Source: Octopus vulgaris (lineage: Eukaryota). From it: 64,000 nt of DNA. The position numbers and the translations under genes are program-made. The stretch is taken from positions 24,986,001 to 25,050,000 of the forward strand of contig OX597835.1 of the NCBI GenBank assembly GCA_951406725.2, given 5' to 3'. This document shows positions 39,841 to 52,011 of this stretch, piece by piece (position 1 is the stretch's first letter; each line of letters begins with the position of its first letter). The notes under the pieces were generated by a model. The model saw only the letters and a program-made list of their open reading frames with translations. It made no database searches and was not told where the DNA came from.

Positions 39841-40307
39841 AATATGTAATTGAAAAAAAAAAGAGGTGTGATGCAAATGTCTACTCTGGCACAATCAGTA
39901 GAGTGCTGGATAAAAATGCCCACTAAATATATTGTGTAGTTCTGTATTCTTAGTTCAAGCCCCCACCGAGGTCGACTTTATCGTTTATTTTCCTGCTATT
40001 TGAACCCAAAACGTAAAGAGTCGTAACAACTGCCATAGCGATTCTGTCACACCATCAAGCTATTCTTTACTGGGATTAAATATCGAATTTTCAGGCACAA
40101 CATGGCCACAAATTTCGCCGCGGTCAATTTGTACCTTTTATATATTTCCAAAACCAAGTAGTAACTCCTTCTCCCACACCAAAATATTCTCACCTTTTGC
40201 CTATAATTAGAAATCGGTATTTAGTCCTAATAAATGGCGATTTACCTGGCGAGTTCGGTTTCCATTGAAGTCAACGTTTACCTTTCATCATTCCAAGATC
40301 GATAACA

Positions 40308-40687
40308 CAACCACATGGTTCCGGGTTCAGTCCCACTGCGTGGCATCTTGGGCAAGTGTCTTCTGCTATAGCCCCGGGCCGACCAATGCCTTGTGAGTGG
40401 ATTTGGTAGATGGAAACTGAAAGAAGCCCGTCGTATATATGTAAATATATGTATGTGCGTGTATGTTTGTGTGTCTGTGTTTGTCCCCCTAGTATTGCTT
40501 GACAACCGATGCTGGTGTGTTTACGTCCCCGTCACTTAGCGGTTCGGCAAAAGAGACTGATAGAATAAGTACTGGGCTTACAAAGAATAAGTCCCGGGGT
40601 CGATTTGCTCGACTAAAGGCGGTGCTCCAGCATGGCCGCAGCATGGCCGCAGTCAAATGACTGAAACAAATAAAAGAGTAAAAGAGT
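40308..40687 (+). mobile_element. SINE family A, 5'-truncated young copy
   Basis: Near identity to 33674-34096; 11-bp tandem duplication gcatggccgca. Confidence 0.9.
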
Positions 40688-42941
40688 ATAACTGAAATTT
40701 TTAAAAATCGTGTATTGAGAAATCAATTGTTTTCACGTGAAACAGTATGTGAGAAAATTTTTTAAAATCTGATATCAATATACATACTTGTACTGTTGGT
40801 GCTGAACACGATGTCAGTTTTGGAGAATTTTTGGTTCATGAGTTTGACTCTTTCTCATTTGAATTCCTGCCGAATTCAGCTTCAATCTTTTTGCCTGTCC
40901 AAAAAAGCATTTTTCACAAGTTAATTCTAAACTCCCATGCTTGTTTTCAAACATTTAGTTAGAGTTTGTTTCATATATTCTGAACGATACAGAGTTTTCC
41001 TTTCATAAGCCCCAAAAGTTACTCTAATCGTTGAAAATAAAATCAGGACTGTGTATTACAGATGATGCTTTGACACCAGAAAACATGTCGTCTGGTTCAC
41101 ATGCGATTCGCAGACGAGGCAAAGATCAATAAAATAAAAACCTGTCAAGTACGGAGAAATCAATAAAATCAATAAATAGTACGGGGAAATCAATGAATTT
41201 TGATGTTGATTACCTAAAATGTGTGTACGTGTAAATAAAGATATTTAAATTTTAATTCCAATCTTGTTCGCCTGGAACTCCCCCCCCCCCCATCCATCAT
41301 GTTCCCCTTTCGGTTCAATCTAATTAATTTCAGTTGAGTCTGACCTTTGTGGTACGGGGTCCTTAAACGAATCATTTTCATGTAACGTCTCATATTACCC
41401 CGTCTTTTTCCTTTTCAAAAAGTTTTGCATTACCAGCAGCACGTTAATGTAATGCATACACTTTTTAACAGAAGACGTTGCTTAACAAACGACATATTTT
41501 ACGCTGTATACACGCAACATTAAATACACATATATTTATATTTATATATGTTTATAGTACAACATGCACTTAACTTCCTCGCGTTTTGTTATTCGAGTTC
41601 CCGTTGAGGTAAAAACACTTTACTGCTTTCGTTATATATTCTAAGCATTTTTTTCTGTAATGAAACGTAACATATGTATTACTCGTGTGAACTCACAGAG
41701 CCACATGTCTGGATCTGGAACCGTTTCTTCTCTGTCTTTCCAGTTCCTTTTACCAACCTTTTTGGTTGTCATCGTTCTTAACCATATTTCTCCCAGACTA
41801 CCAAACTTTTTCCTTCCCACAGATCACCAATTCAAAGAAGGTTTCTGTCTATTAAGAATTATTTCTCTTCTGAGAATACATTGTCTAGCTATTTCCGTCT
41901 CGATAATTAACTTTTGGGGGGTTTTCCTACTTATTTCAGTCATTGGATTGCAACTATGCCTTAAAGGGTTAAGTCACAATAGCGCCAGTGCCCCAGCATG
42001 GCCACAGCCTTAGAGCTGAAACACGTAAAAGAATAAAAACATCAACTCCAGTATTTATATATATCTATATATATTTCAAAGTCTGGTATTCTGTTGGTCA
42101 GTTTTGCTGAACCACTCTGTTCCTGGGACGTAAATAAACCAACAAGCGGGGTTTGGAGGGGGGGAACATGCCCACGATGGGCTTTCACAGTTTCCATCTG
42201 AGGCATTGGCCGACTTGGGAATTTGCAATAGAATGCACTTATCCAAGAGTGCCGCACTGTAGGACTGAACCCGAACCCACGTGGTTGCGAAGCGAGCTAT
42301 TTCACCACACAGCCAAGTCTGCGCTTGTTGGATGGTTGAAAAAAAAATGTTTCCATTCATCTCATTCAATCACTTCTTTTAAGGACGGAAGAGCCTCGCT
42401 TAAAGTTCGGTTGGCTAAGCTTTTATTTTGAAAATATTGCATCAAATTAGGTTTGCACCGGACATGATGAATATCCAAATATCCATGGGTGGAAATGATA
42501 TGTACAGGAACGAATATATATATATTTTTTTGTAATGTACTAAGATTTTATTTGAAATCCATACTATGTGTGTATATGATTCAAATAAGTTATTATCTAT
42601 AAAAATAATGATCAAGTGGCCAGCAAACAATTCAATTAAGCAAAATATATAATAAGAAGAAAGGGCCCAATATGCTTGCTTGAAAGAGAAGTTAAAACCA
42701 CGCATCTCTCACTATATTTAAACACGCACGGAGAATATACAAACATATTTCTCCGAAATAGTACCCCCATTTAGTATTGTACTAATAAAAACATAGACAT
42801 CCTAAATATATTTGGAGGGTTTTAACTCCTTTCAAGCAAACGGGTACATGACTTTTTCTTATATGTACGTTTAGTGTTTAAAGTGGTGTACAGATATCGT
42901 ATATTAAGTAAAATGAGGCAGTCAGAATATTGGATAATTCT

Positions 42942-42983
42942 TTATGAGTACTTTCGTTCGTTTAACCAAACTTTTCAAGATAA
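42942..42983 (-). ncRNA. U3-A8 variant hammerhead motif, core intact
   Basis: Minus: TTAT-c-TTGAAAA-GTTTG-GTTAAA-CGAAC-GAAA-GTAC-TC-ATAA; one extra nucleotide between stem I and the core. Confidence 0.55.
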
Positions 42984-43002
42984 TAAAACGAAGATGGTTT
43001 TA

Positions 43003-43044
43003 TTATTTTGAAAAGTTCGCTTAAACGAACTAAAGCGCTAATAA
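43003..43044 (+). ncRNA. U3-A8 variant hammerhead motif with G12 mutated
   Basis: TTAT-t-TTGAAAA-GTTCG-CTTAAA-CGAAC-TAAA-GCGC-TA-ATAA. Confidence 0.5.
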
Positions 43045-43367
43045 AGAATTATCCAAAACCCTGCCTCACTTTTCTTTATATATATATATCGATCCTTCGG
43101 AGATAATCTCAGAAAAATGAAACTATTTGTTTCATTCAAGCTCCGTAAAACGTTTTTATTTCTTTAGTTTCCTTTTCAGCTTACACACATACCTCTGCAT
43201 AAATACATACATACATACACACATACATACACACATACACACACATCATTTTCACTTTTCAGCTGCCAAAGATATGCCTTAAAGAAATAAAAAATTTATA
43301 TGGATATTGCCGAACAGGTTCGCTTTTCTGAGAGCATCTCCGAAGGATTTCCCTTAAATAAGTGTGA

Positions 43368-43398
<31 letters not shown>

Positions 43399-43506
43399 GC
43401 GTCTTTATACAAGCATGTGTAGATATATATGTATGCATGTGTATGTAAGTCTGTTTGCATGTGTGTGTGTGTGTGTATGTGTACAGATATTATGAATGAA
43501 AATAAG

Positions 43507-43597
43507 TCGGCAAATTACGTAATTTGCCAGAAACTCGGCAAAGATCGTAATTTGCCAGGAACTCGGCAAATTACGTAATTTGCCGGGAACTCGGCAG
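43507..43597. repeat. 28-bp tandem repeat x3.2 containing a 20-bp palindrome
   Basis: Unit tcGGCAAATTACGTAATTTGCCrgraac; the palindrome is perfect in units 1 and 3. Confidence 0.9.
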
Positions 43598-43967
43598 TTG
43601 TGTGAAACAATTGTTTCGTTTGAAATGAAATTAAAATCATCCAAACTTGATGTGATCAAAACGATAATTGCAAAGTCCAATTTTTTTCTTTTTTTACTAA
43701 AATACTTACGGTTTATTTCAATAAACCAAAATATAAGATTTTTATTCAGGATTATATTGTCAGGCGTATTTAACAATTAGTATAAACTCTTACCTCTATT
43801 CCTTAGTATGACATTTTATGGCACATAACGTCTCTAAAATATTGAAATCATTTTTTTATTTCTTGACTTACTGGGTTCGCCAAACAAATTGCCAACACCG
43901 ATTGTCGAGCGCTGACGGGAGTGAGGGGAACACACACACCTACATACATACATACATACATACATAC

Positions 43968-44013
<46 letters not shown>

Positions 44014-44404
44014 TACATACATACGTGTGCTGCTTTCAATTTTCTTTTATCAAATCCACTGAGCTATAGTCGAAGACACTTGCCCAAGGTGCCGCTCAGT
44101 AGGACGGAACCCGTAACCACATAGTTGGGAAGCAAGCTTCTTACCTACCATACAGTCACGCCTGCGTCTGTATACCATTTATTGCCTCTCTACTGACTCC
44201 CGGCTGCTCCATAACAGCATATATTGTATGCAGTCTGTCCACCACTACATAACTTCTCCGAGGGTGAGGCTATTGAATATGGAACTCAAAGAAGAAGGAG
44301 TCTTATCTGATACTTTGATAATGCTTGTGTGTGTTGGTTCATGAGGAATTAATCCTAACGACGCCAAGAAATTTAATTGAACTTTCAATATTCATTTGTT
44401 AATA

Positions 44405-44683
44405 AAGGCGGCGAGCTGGCAGAAGCGTTAGCACGCCGGGCGAAATGCTTTGTGGTATCTCGTCTGCCGTTACGTTGTGAGTTCAAATTCCGCCGAGGTC
44501 GACTTTACCTTTCATCCTTTCGGGGTCGATAAATTAAGTACCAGTTACGCACTGGGGTCGATGTAATCAACTTAATACCTATGTCTGTCCTTGTTTGTCC
44601 CCTCTATGTTTAGCCCCTTGTGGGCAATAAAGAAATAGGTATTTCGTCTGCCGCTACGTTCTGAGTTCAAATTCCGCCGAGGT
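44405..44683 (+). mobile_element. SINE family B, full copy plus partial second unit
   Basis: Head, core and tail followed by a repeated ggtatttcgtctgccgctacgttctgagttcaaattccgccgaggt. Confidence 0.9.
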
Positions 44684-45179
44684 GTCTTGGGGGAAATTTC
44701 AAACAACAACAAGATGAGGACATCTATCCGTCTAATGTAAATAATGTACATAACTCCTCATCTCTTAAATAGAGAACTGTACAATGGTGGTTTGTTTTTA
44801 TTTTTTGTTTTACTAACTGGACGGGCATCTGGATTGGTGGATGGATATCCTTCTTACCTTTAGGCCAGCCCTTTGTTTAGCTCTAGGTCCACCCTGATCG
44901 AACAGACAGACCTACGCTCAAAAAGATATTCCGATTATGTTCATCCTGTCCCCCCCCCTTTTTTTACTGTTAAGATGATATATTCTCTTAGCTGGAATGC
45001 TTCTTCCTTTAAGACTTTATGTTGTGATTTAAAGGCAGTTTTTGCTTATGTTTGTCGCACTTTGTGGATGTTCGTTTTCAGTTAGTTATTGGTTCTTCAA
45101 AGAAGCAAAACGGGATTTGGAGTCAGAACGTAAAGAAACCAACTTCAACAGCTTAGCCAACTGGTTCCGACAAAATTTC

Positions 45180-45189
45180 TGCTCTCTCG

Positions 45190-45241
<52 letters not shown>

Positions 45242-46280
45242 CTATCTCTCCTCCTCCTCCCTCGTTCCCATACATTCACACTCCCTAACTCCCTACCTCT
45301 CTCTCTCTCTTTCTTCTCTTGCACCTCTCTCTCTCTATCTATCCCTCCCTCGTTCCCATACATTCACACTCACTCTTATTCCCTTGCTCACTCTCTTTAT
45401 TCTTCTAATCACTCTCTCTTTTCACTCACAACTCTGGCTCATTTTCTCTTATCCTTTCTCCCTGACTCCCTACCTCTCTCTCTCTCTCTCTTTCTTCTGT
45501 TTCACATGTTCATTCTCTTCTTTCTCACTTTCAATTTTCGTTGACTTTTTCTCACATTTTCCCTCACTCAATCTCACAATTCCCCCTCCTCTCACTTCTG
45601 GCTTTATTTAATTTTCTCGTTGACTCTCACGCACACTCATTCCTCTCTCTCTTTCTTTCTTACACTTATTCAATGCACTCCCTCTCTCATTCTGTTACTG
45701 TATCCAATTCTCTCTCTCACACACATTACCGTGAAAGTGTGAAAGCTGCTGTCATAAGCTTTTCCCAACTCTGTTCGTCATCTCTTCTCATTTGTCCTCT
45801 CCCCAACTACCATTTCTCACTATACAGATCCTCCCCAACACCTCACCTCTTCATCCCCTTCGCTTTTCAATTCCGCACACCGCTCCCTACATCACTCCAC
45901 CTTAGCCAACTTCTCTCCCTATCGTCCTCTCTTTCTCTTCCACCCTACTGTCTATTTCTCTCTCTATCGCTCTACCCTACTATTTACTTCTCTGTCTTCC
46001 TCTCTCTCTCTTTCTCTCTCTACCCCTCCATATGTTTCTCTCTACCAATCCACCCTAGACATTTTCTCTCCCTATCGTCCTCTCTTTCTCTCCCTCCACC
46101 CTACTATTTATTTCTCTCTCTATCGCTCTACCCTACTATGTACTTCTCTCTGTCTTCCTCTCTCTCTCTCTCTCTCTCTCTCTACCCCTCCATATGTTTC
46201 TCTCTACCAATCCACCCTCAACTCTACTCCCCTCTTATTTTTTCCAATTTCCACACATCACTCCACCCTAGACAACTGTG
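45180..46280. repeat. CT-rich low-complexity tract with a roughly 150-bp tandem duplication
   Basis: 45911-46060 is repeated at 46063-46220. Confidence 0.85.
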
Positions 46281-47056
46281 CCCCTCCACCGCCACCACCA
46301 ACACCGCCGCCACTTCCATATGTTTGCCTTAACCGAAATTTAACCAAACAAATATCGTTTGCTCTTCTGAGCCTATAAACCTAAGTAGAAAGAAATAGCT
46401 AACCTTCACCAGCCGAACCCCCTGCTGTACCCAAACCATTAACCATTAGCAACAGTTTTTCGTCGTGACGATGGTGGTGGTAATGGGGTATGTTTTGTCA
46501 GACAATTTAATGGTGTTGCTTCCTATAATGACTCTGCGCTCTATGTATGTTGATGTCTGGGGGGAGGGGGGGAAACGGGTTGGCGGGGTGGTTGTTCTAG
46601 AAGGGAACATCCACCGTTTGTGGGTGCTGTTCTCTCCCTCCCCTGTCTGAACCCAACCTATTGTAACCACACAAGGGAGCTGCTAGTGGTGGTGGTGTTG
46701 GTGGTAGTGCTGGTGTTAAGTGTAGAAACGTTAATTGTCGGTTTGTTCGAAATTTCTAACTAAAATATTCCACCATCCAGTACTAAACTTTGGCACCAAC
46801 GTAATTACTATAATGAGTGAGTTGAAAAAATTTAATGAATTAATTAAAATTGAAAAAAATTAAAACACCCATGGTTAGGAGATAGATTCGTTGGTTTTAA
46901 TAAACAATTTAGTTCAAAGAGAGGCACAAGTCAAGAGGAGACAACGAAATTTTAAAATTTCTTTATCTCAATACCTTTAGATACGTTAGCACTGAGCTTA
47001 TTGATAAGAGAAGAGTACTAACTATTTCGTCCACAAGCAGAAGGTGTACCTGAATA

Positions 47057-47143
<87 letters not shown>

Positions 47144-47402
47144 TCAGTTCTTAAATATTCCAGTTTTTGAAATTGGTTTCTTTGCTTTAAAGCAAAAGCT
47201 GTTCCAATGGTGGGGAAGCTTAAATATATATATAACAATATCAAGCTTTTGATGTACTTGCTTTAAGTACGATATACATATTACTATTTTGAACTTCTAT
47301 TTCTGTAACAATTATAATTTATGCATTCTGTAAACACGATGGTATTGCTATCGCTAATCCCACTAATATTTATTGTTACTACTACTACAACTACTGCTGC
47401 TG

Positions 47403-47437
<35 letters not shown>

Positions 47438-47559
47438 GCTGCTACTTCTACTAACCATGCAAACGTACCTTCTAGAAATAGTTATCAAATCGCTGCCTTA
47501 TATTGAAAGGGAGAATGAAATATATATCTAGGATAATGTAGTGCTGGTTACATTATTAA

Positions 47560-47780
47560 CTTTTTAGCATTTAAACTGGCCCTATGAGGCCCAAATATTC
47601 TACTTGTTTTGTGTTCAAGCTGGCCAAATGTGGCCTTTTGCACCTACCCTACAATGTCAGTCTATGAATAAACAAGCACCTCATCAAAACCTCAAGGCTA
47701 CGAGGTAACACATGATTAATTCAAAACAATATTAATAAATATGCATTACATTTGACAGAGTAATTCAAATGTTTAAAGGG
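47560..47780. mobile_element. piggyBac-like MITE, degenerate
   Basis: ttaa|ctttttagcatt ... atgtttaaaggg; homologous to 61469-61691. Confidence 0.6.
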
Positions 47781-48086
47781 AGCCTTACACAAAGACAGAA
47801 GGGTCACTTCTGGAATATCTTTGATCCTACATTTATCTCTCTCATTCTGGGCTGAACTATGGATAAACAACAGCCATACATGGGCAAACATCTGTTTGCC
47901 TTTCACCCCTCTGGGGTCAATAAAGTACTAGTGGGGTCAGTGATATTGACTGATCCTGTCCCTTCAAAATTATCGGCCTTTTGCCTAAATCAAGAAGTAC
48001 CATCATTGTTAAAGGAGAGCAGAATCAGCATATTCGAAACTTCTCAAATTCTTTGATTGATTCATTTGTGAGAACTTCATTGTAAG

Positions 48087-48349
48087 CAGGGCTGTGGAGT
48101 CGGAGTCGGTAAAATAGGACCACAATCACTTAATTACATAGAGGAGTCAGAGTTGGAGGTTCCAATAGTAGACGAGTCAGAGTCAAAGCCTCCCTGGACC
48201 TCAAGTGGCCTGAACTCTTTACATGAACACCACCCTGTACTTAACTCCATGTCCCCCCTACATGGCCTTGCTATTTGCTTTTGAGCCAAATTAACTAACT
48301 AACTAACTAACTAACTAACAAAGGGTTTTGTTTTGACTCCACAGCCCTA
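48087..48349. mobile_element. hAT-like MITE
   Basis: TIR CAGGGCTGTGGAGTC / GACTCCACAGCCCTA; subterminal ggagtc repeats; flanks attgtaag/gttgtgac. Confidence 0.75.
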
Positions 48350-48987
48350 GTTGTGACTATACAAGAACACTTAGTCTACAAATCTTGATGCCTTTCTCTG
48401 ATTGGGCCCCAAGAACTCATCACCATTATCATCATAGTCATCATTTAACATCTGTTTTCCATGCCAGCATGGGTTGGACAGTTTGGCTTGAGCTGACAAG
48501 CAGAAGAGCTGCTCATTGTTCCAATCTGATTTGGCTTCATTTATACAGCTGGATGCCCTTCCTGACGCCGACCACTTTACTTGTTGCTTTTAACATGGCA
48601 CCAGCACAGGGCTCTTGCAGGCCAATCTTCATTATCAGGAGGAGCAGCCTTAATACTTCTGCTGTGGAGGACACATATTATTAATAAGAGAAGAGCATTA
48701 AGAATGAAATAAACCTTGATAGACTTATCCCTATACTCAAACATGTATATTATGTGGGTTATATTTCATAAACTTTGTGGGCTTGTGCCAATGTTAAAAG
48801 AATTCATCATAGCTGTTATTGATACCGTTACTACTACTACTACTGCTGCTGCTACTACTACTGCTGCTGCTACTACTACTACTACTACTACTACTACATT
48901 TGTTAGAAACTTAATTGCATGTGAAAGTTGCGATTTCTCTTTTAAGACACACACTGTGTGCATGTGTTTATTTGAGGGTATATACTG

Positions 48988-49036
<49 letters not shown>

Positions 49037-49188
49037 GGGGCATCTGTGTACTTAAAACACAGTTGCAAGCCGTATCAGTTTTCCCATACATAAGGTTATT
49101 TTATAACTAACCTTGCAATACAATCCATACACACACCAATTATTATTCTACTTAGGGAAACTCGTTATTAATATCAATATCACTACTA

Positions 49189-49239
<51 letters not shown>

Positions 49240-49811
49240 CATTATTATTTTTTTATTATAATTTATTTTCTCTTTTCAATCACTGTATCATAAAACTCTC
49301 TCGAACTTCCATGTGTGTGTGTGAGAATATTTTCTTTGTAAACCGGATTTTTCCTTTTAATTATGCTACTCACACAAGAAAATATACAATTTCTGCTTGA
49401 ATAATGCATACATATTTCACTTTTCTATATAATTCTGAGCCTACTTCATGTGTGTGTGTGTGTAATAAGCATTAATATATGAAATTTGTATCCCCAGTTG
49501 TAGGCTATAGTTTTGAACATAGCTAAAATTCTGCATTAGAGCACATATTTCCAAAGAGAACCCTGGGCTAAATGAGTTCACTGTTAGCATACACACATGC
49601 ATAGGTGTAGCTGTGGTTGTGTAAATAAGAAGCTTGCTTTCCAACTATGTGGTCATAGGTTCAATACTACTGCATGGCATTCTGCACAAGTGTCCACTAG
49701 TATACTTCTCAGCCAACCAAGGCCATGTGGGTGGATTTGGCAGATGAAAACTGAAAGAAAACTACCATATATGTATGTATGTGTGTGTATATATATATAT
49801 ATATATATAGA

Positions 49812-49955
49812 TGGCGTTAGGAAGGGCATCCAGCTGTAGAAACAGCCAGATCTGACTGGCCTGGTGCAGCCTTCGGGCTTCCCAGACCCCAGTTGAACCG
49901 TCCAACCCATGCTAGCATGGAAAGCGGACGTTAAATGATGATGATGATGATGATG
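49812..49955 (+). mobile_element. SINE family E 3' part with (ATG)n tail
   Basis: ggcgttaggaagggcatccagctgtag...ccaacccatgctagcatggaaagcggacgttaaatgatgatg; relatives at 4820-4870, 48420-48610, 50790-50880, 52970-53150 and 53185-53670. Confidence 0.75.
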
Positions 49956-49980
49956 ATATACATGTGTGTGTGTATGTGTG

Positions 49981-50180
49981 ACCACGTATGTACTGTTGAC
50001 GATTTTTTTTTCCCTCTCTTCCCTTCTCTGGATCTTTCCTTCTCCTAAGTTTCCGACGAAGAGCTCCGCTCGAAATGTTAAACCCTCCTTCTTTCCTTCT
50101 TTCCTGAGCGTCCAATAATACTATATTTGTTCCACGTCCTCGCGTTGTTGTGTTTTTTTTGTGCTTTCATGCTTGGATTA

Positions 50181-50185
<5 letters not shown>
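49981..50185 (+). mobile_element. Hammerhead-bearing repeat family 1, copy 2 (motif 50049-50083, U4 changed to C)
   Basis: GTTT-CCGACGA-A-GAGC-TCC-GCTC-GAAA-TG-T-T-AAAC; homologous to 39-235; ends in (TA)n. Confidence 0.65.
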
Positions 50186-50234
<49 letters not shown>

Positions 50235-50426
50235 GATGTAGGAAGAAAGTCAGCTTCAAGCAATCCATAGTAAATATAAAAGACAACTTTCAGGGGCAGT
50301 TGTGGTTTATTGAGATGGAAGATTGTGGACTCTTTTCATATCGCAGTACAATAAATTAAAAAAAGTTCTTTTTATAATTCATGATAAGCAGCTAGGATTG
50401 CCAGATATGTGAATAAGAATACAAGA

Positions 50427-50734
50427 GTTAAGGAAGGGAATAGATAAGATCCGGGCTAATTTTTTATGGCAAGTGGAACCCCGGAAGTGGTAAATATCCA
50501 AGCAAAGTGTATACCACAGGCTACTCATAAGGCCAAGGGTATCTTGATTAAATGAAAGTTTACACTGTTGCAAGGAGGTACTTGTTAACACATGGAAGAA
50601 TTGATCACTCAATAAAGATACCCTTGGCCTGATGAGTAGCCTGCGGTATGCACCTCACTTGGATATTTACCATTTCTGAGGTTCTGCTCGCTATGAAACA
50701 TGTTGCCCAGATCTTATCTTCTCCATTCCTTAAC
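50427..50734. repeat. Long inverted repeat (about 125-bp arms, about 57-nt spacer)
   Basis: 50427-50551 is the imperfect reverse complement of 50609-50734; most differences are transitions. Confidence 0.92.
50623..50710 (+). ncRNA. Type-I hammerhead ribozyme motif with extended stem II, core intact
   Basis: CTtGGC-CTGATGA-GTAGC..GCGG..ACCTCA..TGG..CCA..TGAGGT.CTGC..GCTAT-GAAA-CATG-T-T-GCCcAG; palindromic ACATGT; predicted cut after GUU at 50704. Confidence 0.72.
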
Positions 50735-51299
50735 CGACTTTGTCCCTTAGAGGACATGCAAAATTAGAGATCTGTTTCTTGAGAAAGCAATAAGGGTTGG
50801 GCATCAGCATCTGGCTATAAAAACAGTATTTCAATAATGTATTCATCTAACTCATGCTAGCATGGAAAAACAGACGTAAATCCAAAACACACACACACAC
50901 AGATAATGTTCTTGATGTCATGTAAATGTGTGAATATATATAAGTGGATAACACTAGGGATGGTGTAGAGGCTGTTTATACATCAGTCTCAAGTGAGTGA
51001 AGGTGTATATAGGAAATGATAAAAAATATAATTATGATATTATCTTTGGGCTCTTTAAAGGAATATTTTTGTAAGTAATTTTCTCAAGCCTTTCAAACTT
51101 TCAAGAGGGCTCCAATACACCCCCACCCAACCACTCAGCATTCCCATATCTTACCCCAGCGCCTACTCTCCTTAAAACCTTATCTGCTTTGTGGAGGCCA
51201 TTAGGATTATAACATTGTGGTGGCGGTAGTGGAGAGGGGCTTTTGTGTTTAGTGTATATATGTATAATATATAAATTGTGTGTGTGTGTGTGTGTGTAA

Positions 51300-51522
51300 G
51301 ATGGTGGGCTGACAGAATCGTTAGCACATGGGGGGAGGGGCAGAATGCTTAGTGGCATTTCATCCTCCTTTAATTCTTTAACATTCTGAGTTCAAATCCC
51401 ACCGTGGTTGACTTTGCTTTTCACCCTTTCAGGGGCCAATGAATTAAGTACCAGCTGAGCACTGGGGTCAATGTAATTAACTTGCCCTCCTCTGCCTTGA
51501 ATTTGCTGGCCTTGTGCCATAA
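51300..51522 (+). mobile_element. SINE family B, CpG-depleted
   Basis: Head, core and tail present with CG changed to TG/CA; followed by (TAACCC)3. Confidence 0.75.
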
Positions 51523-51580
51523 TTTAACCCTAACCCTAACCCTAACTATTAGCTCATGTTTAAATACTGTATACGTTAAA

Positions 51581-51660
<80 letters not shown>

Positions 51661-51662
<2 letters not shown>

Positions 51663-51977
51663 CAGGCCTGCCTGTGTAGTAAGACGCTTGCTTCCTAACC
51701 ACATGGTTCTGGGTTCAGTCCCATTGTGTGACACCTTGGGCAAGTTTTACCTACTATAGCATCGGGCTGGCCAAAGCCTTGTGAGAAGATTTGGTAGACA
51801 GAAACTGAAAGAAGCTTGTTGTATATACATATATATACTCAACAGGCTTCTTTCAGTTTCCGTCTGCCAAATCCGCTCACAAGGCTTTGGTCGGCCTAAG
51901 GCCATAATAGAAGACGCTGGGACCAAACCTGGAACCATGTGGTTGGGAAGCAAGCTTCTTACCACCCAGCCATACCT
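51661..51977. mobile_element. Two 5' halves of SINE family A fused in inverted orientation at their internal (TA)n
   Basis: Plus copy 51661-51821, TA-rich spacer, minus copy 51841-51977. Confidence 0.85.
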
Positions 51978-51980
51978 CTG

Positions 51981-52011
<31 letters not shown>

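Larger units (their letters stand above)
42914..43068. repeat. Long inverted repeat (about 75-bp arms, 7-nt loop)
   Basis: Arm 42914-42989 is the imperfect reverse complement of 42997-43068. Confidence 0.9.

Noticed and set aside
45042-46332. 189-aa and 263-aa Leu/Ser-rich ORFs
   Set aside because: They come from CT-rich low-complexity DNA that lacks stop codons by composition.
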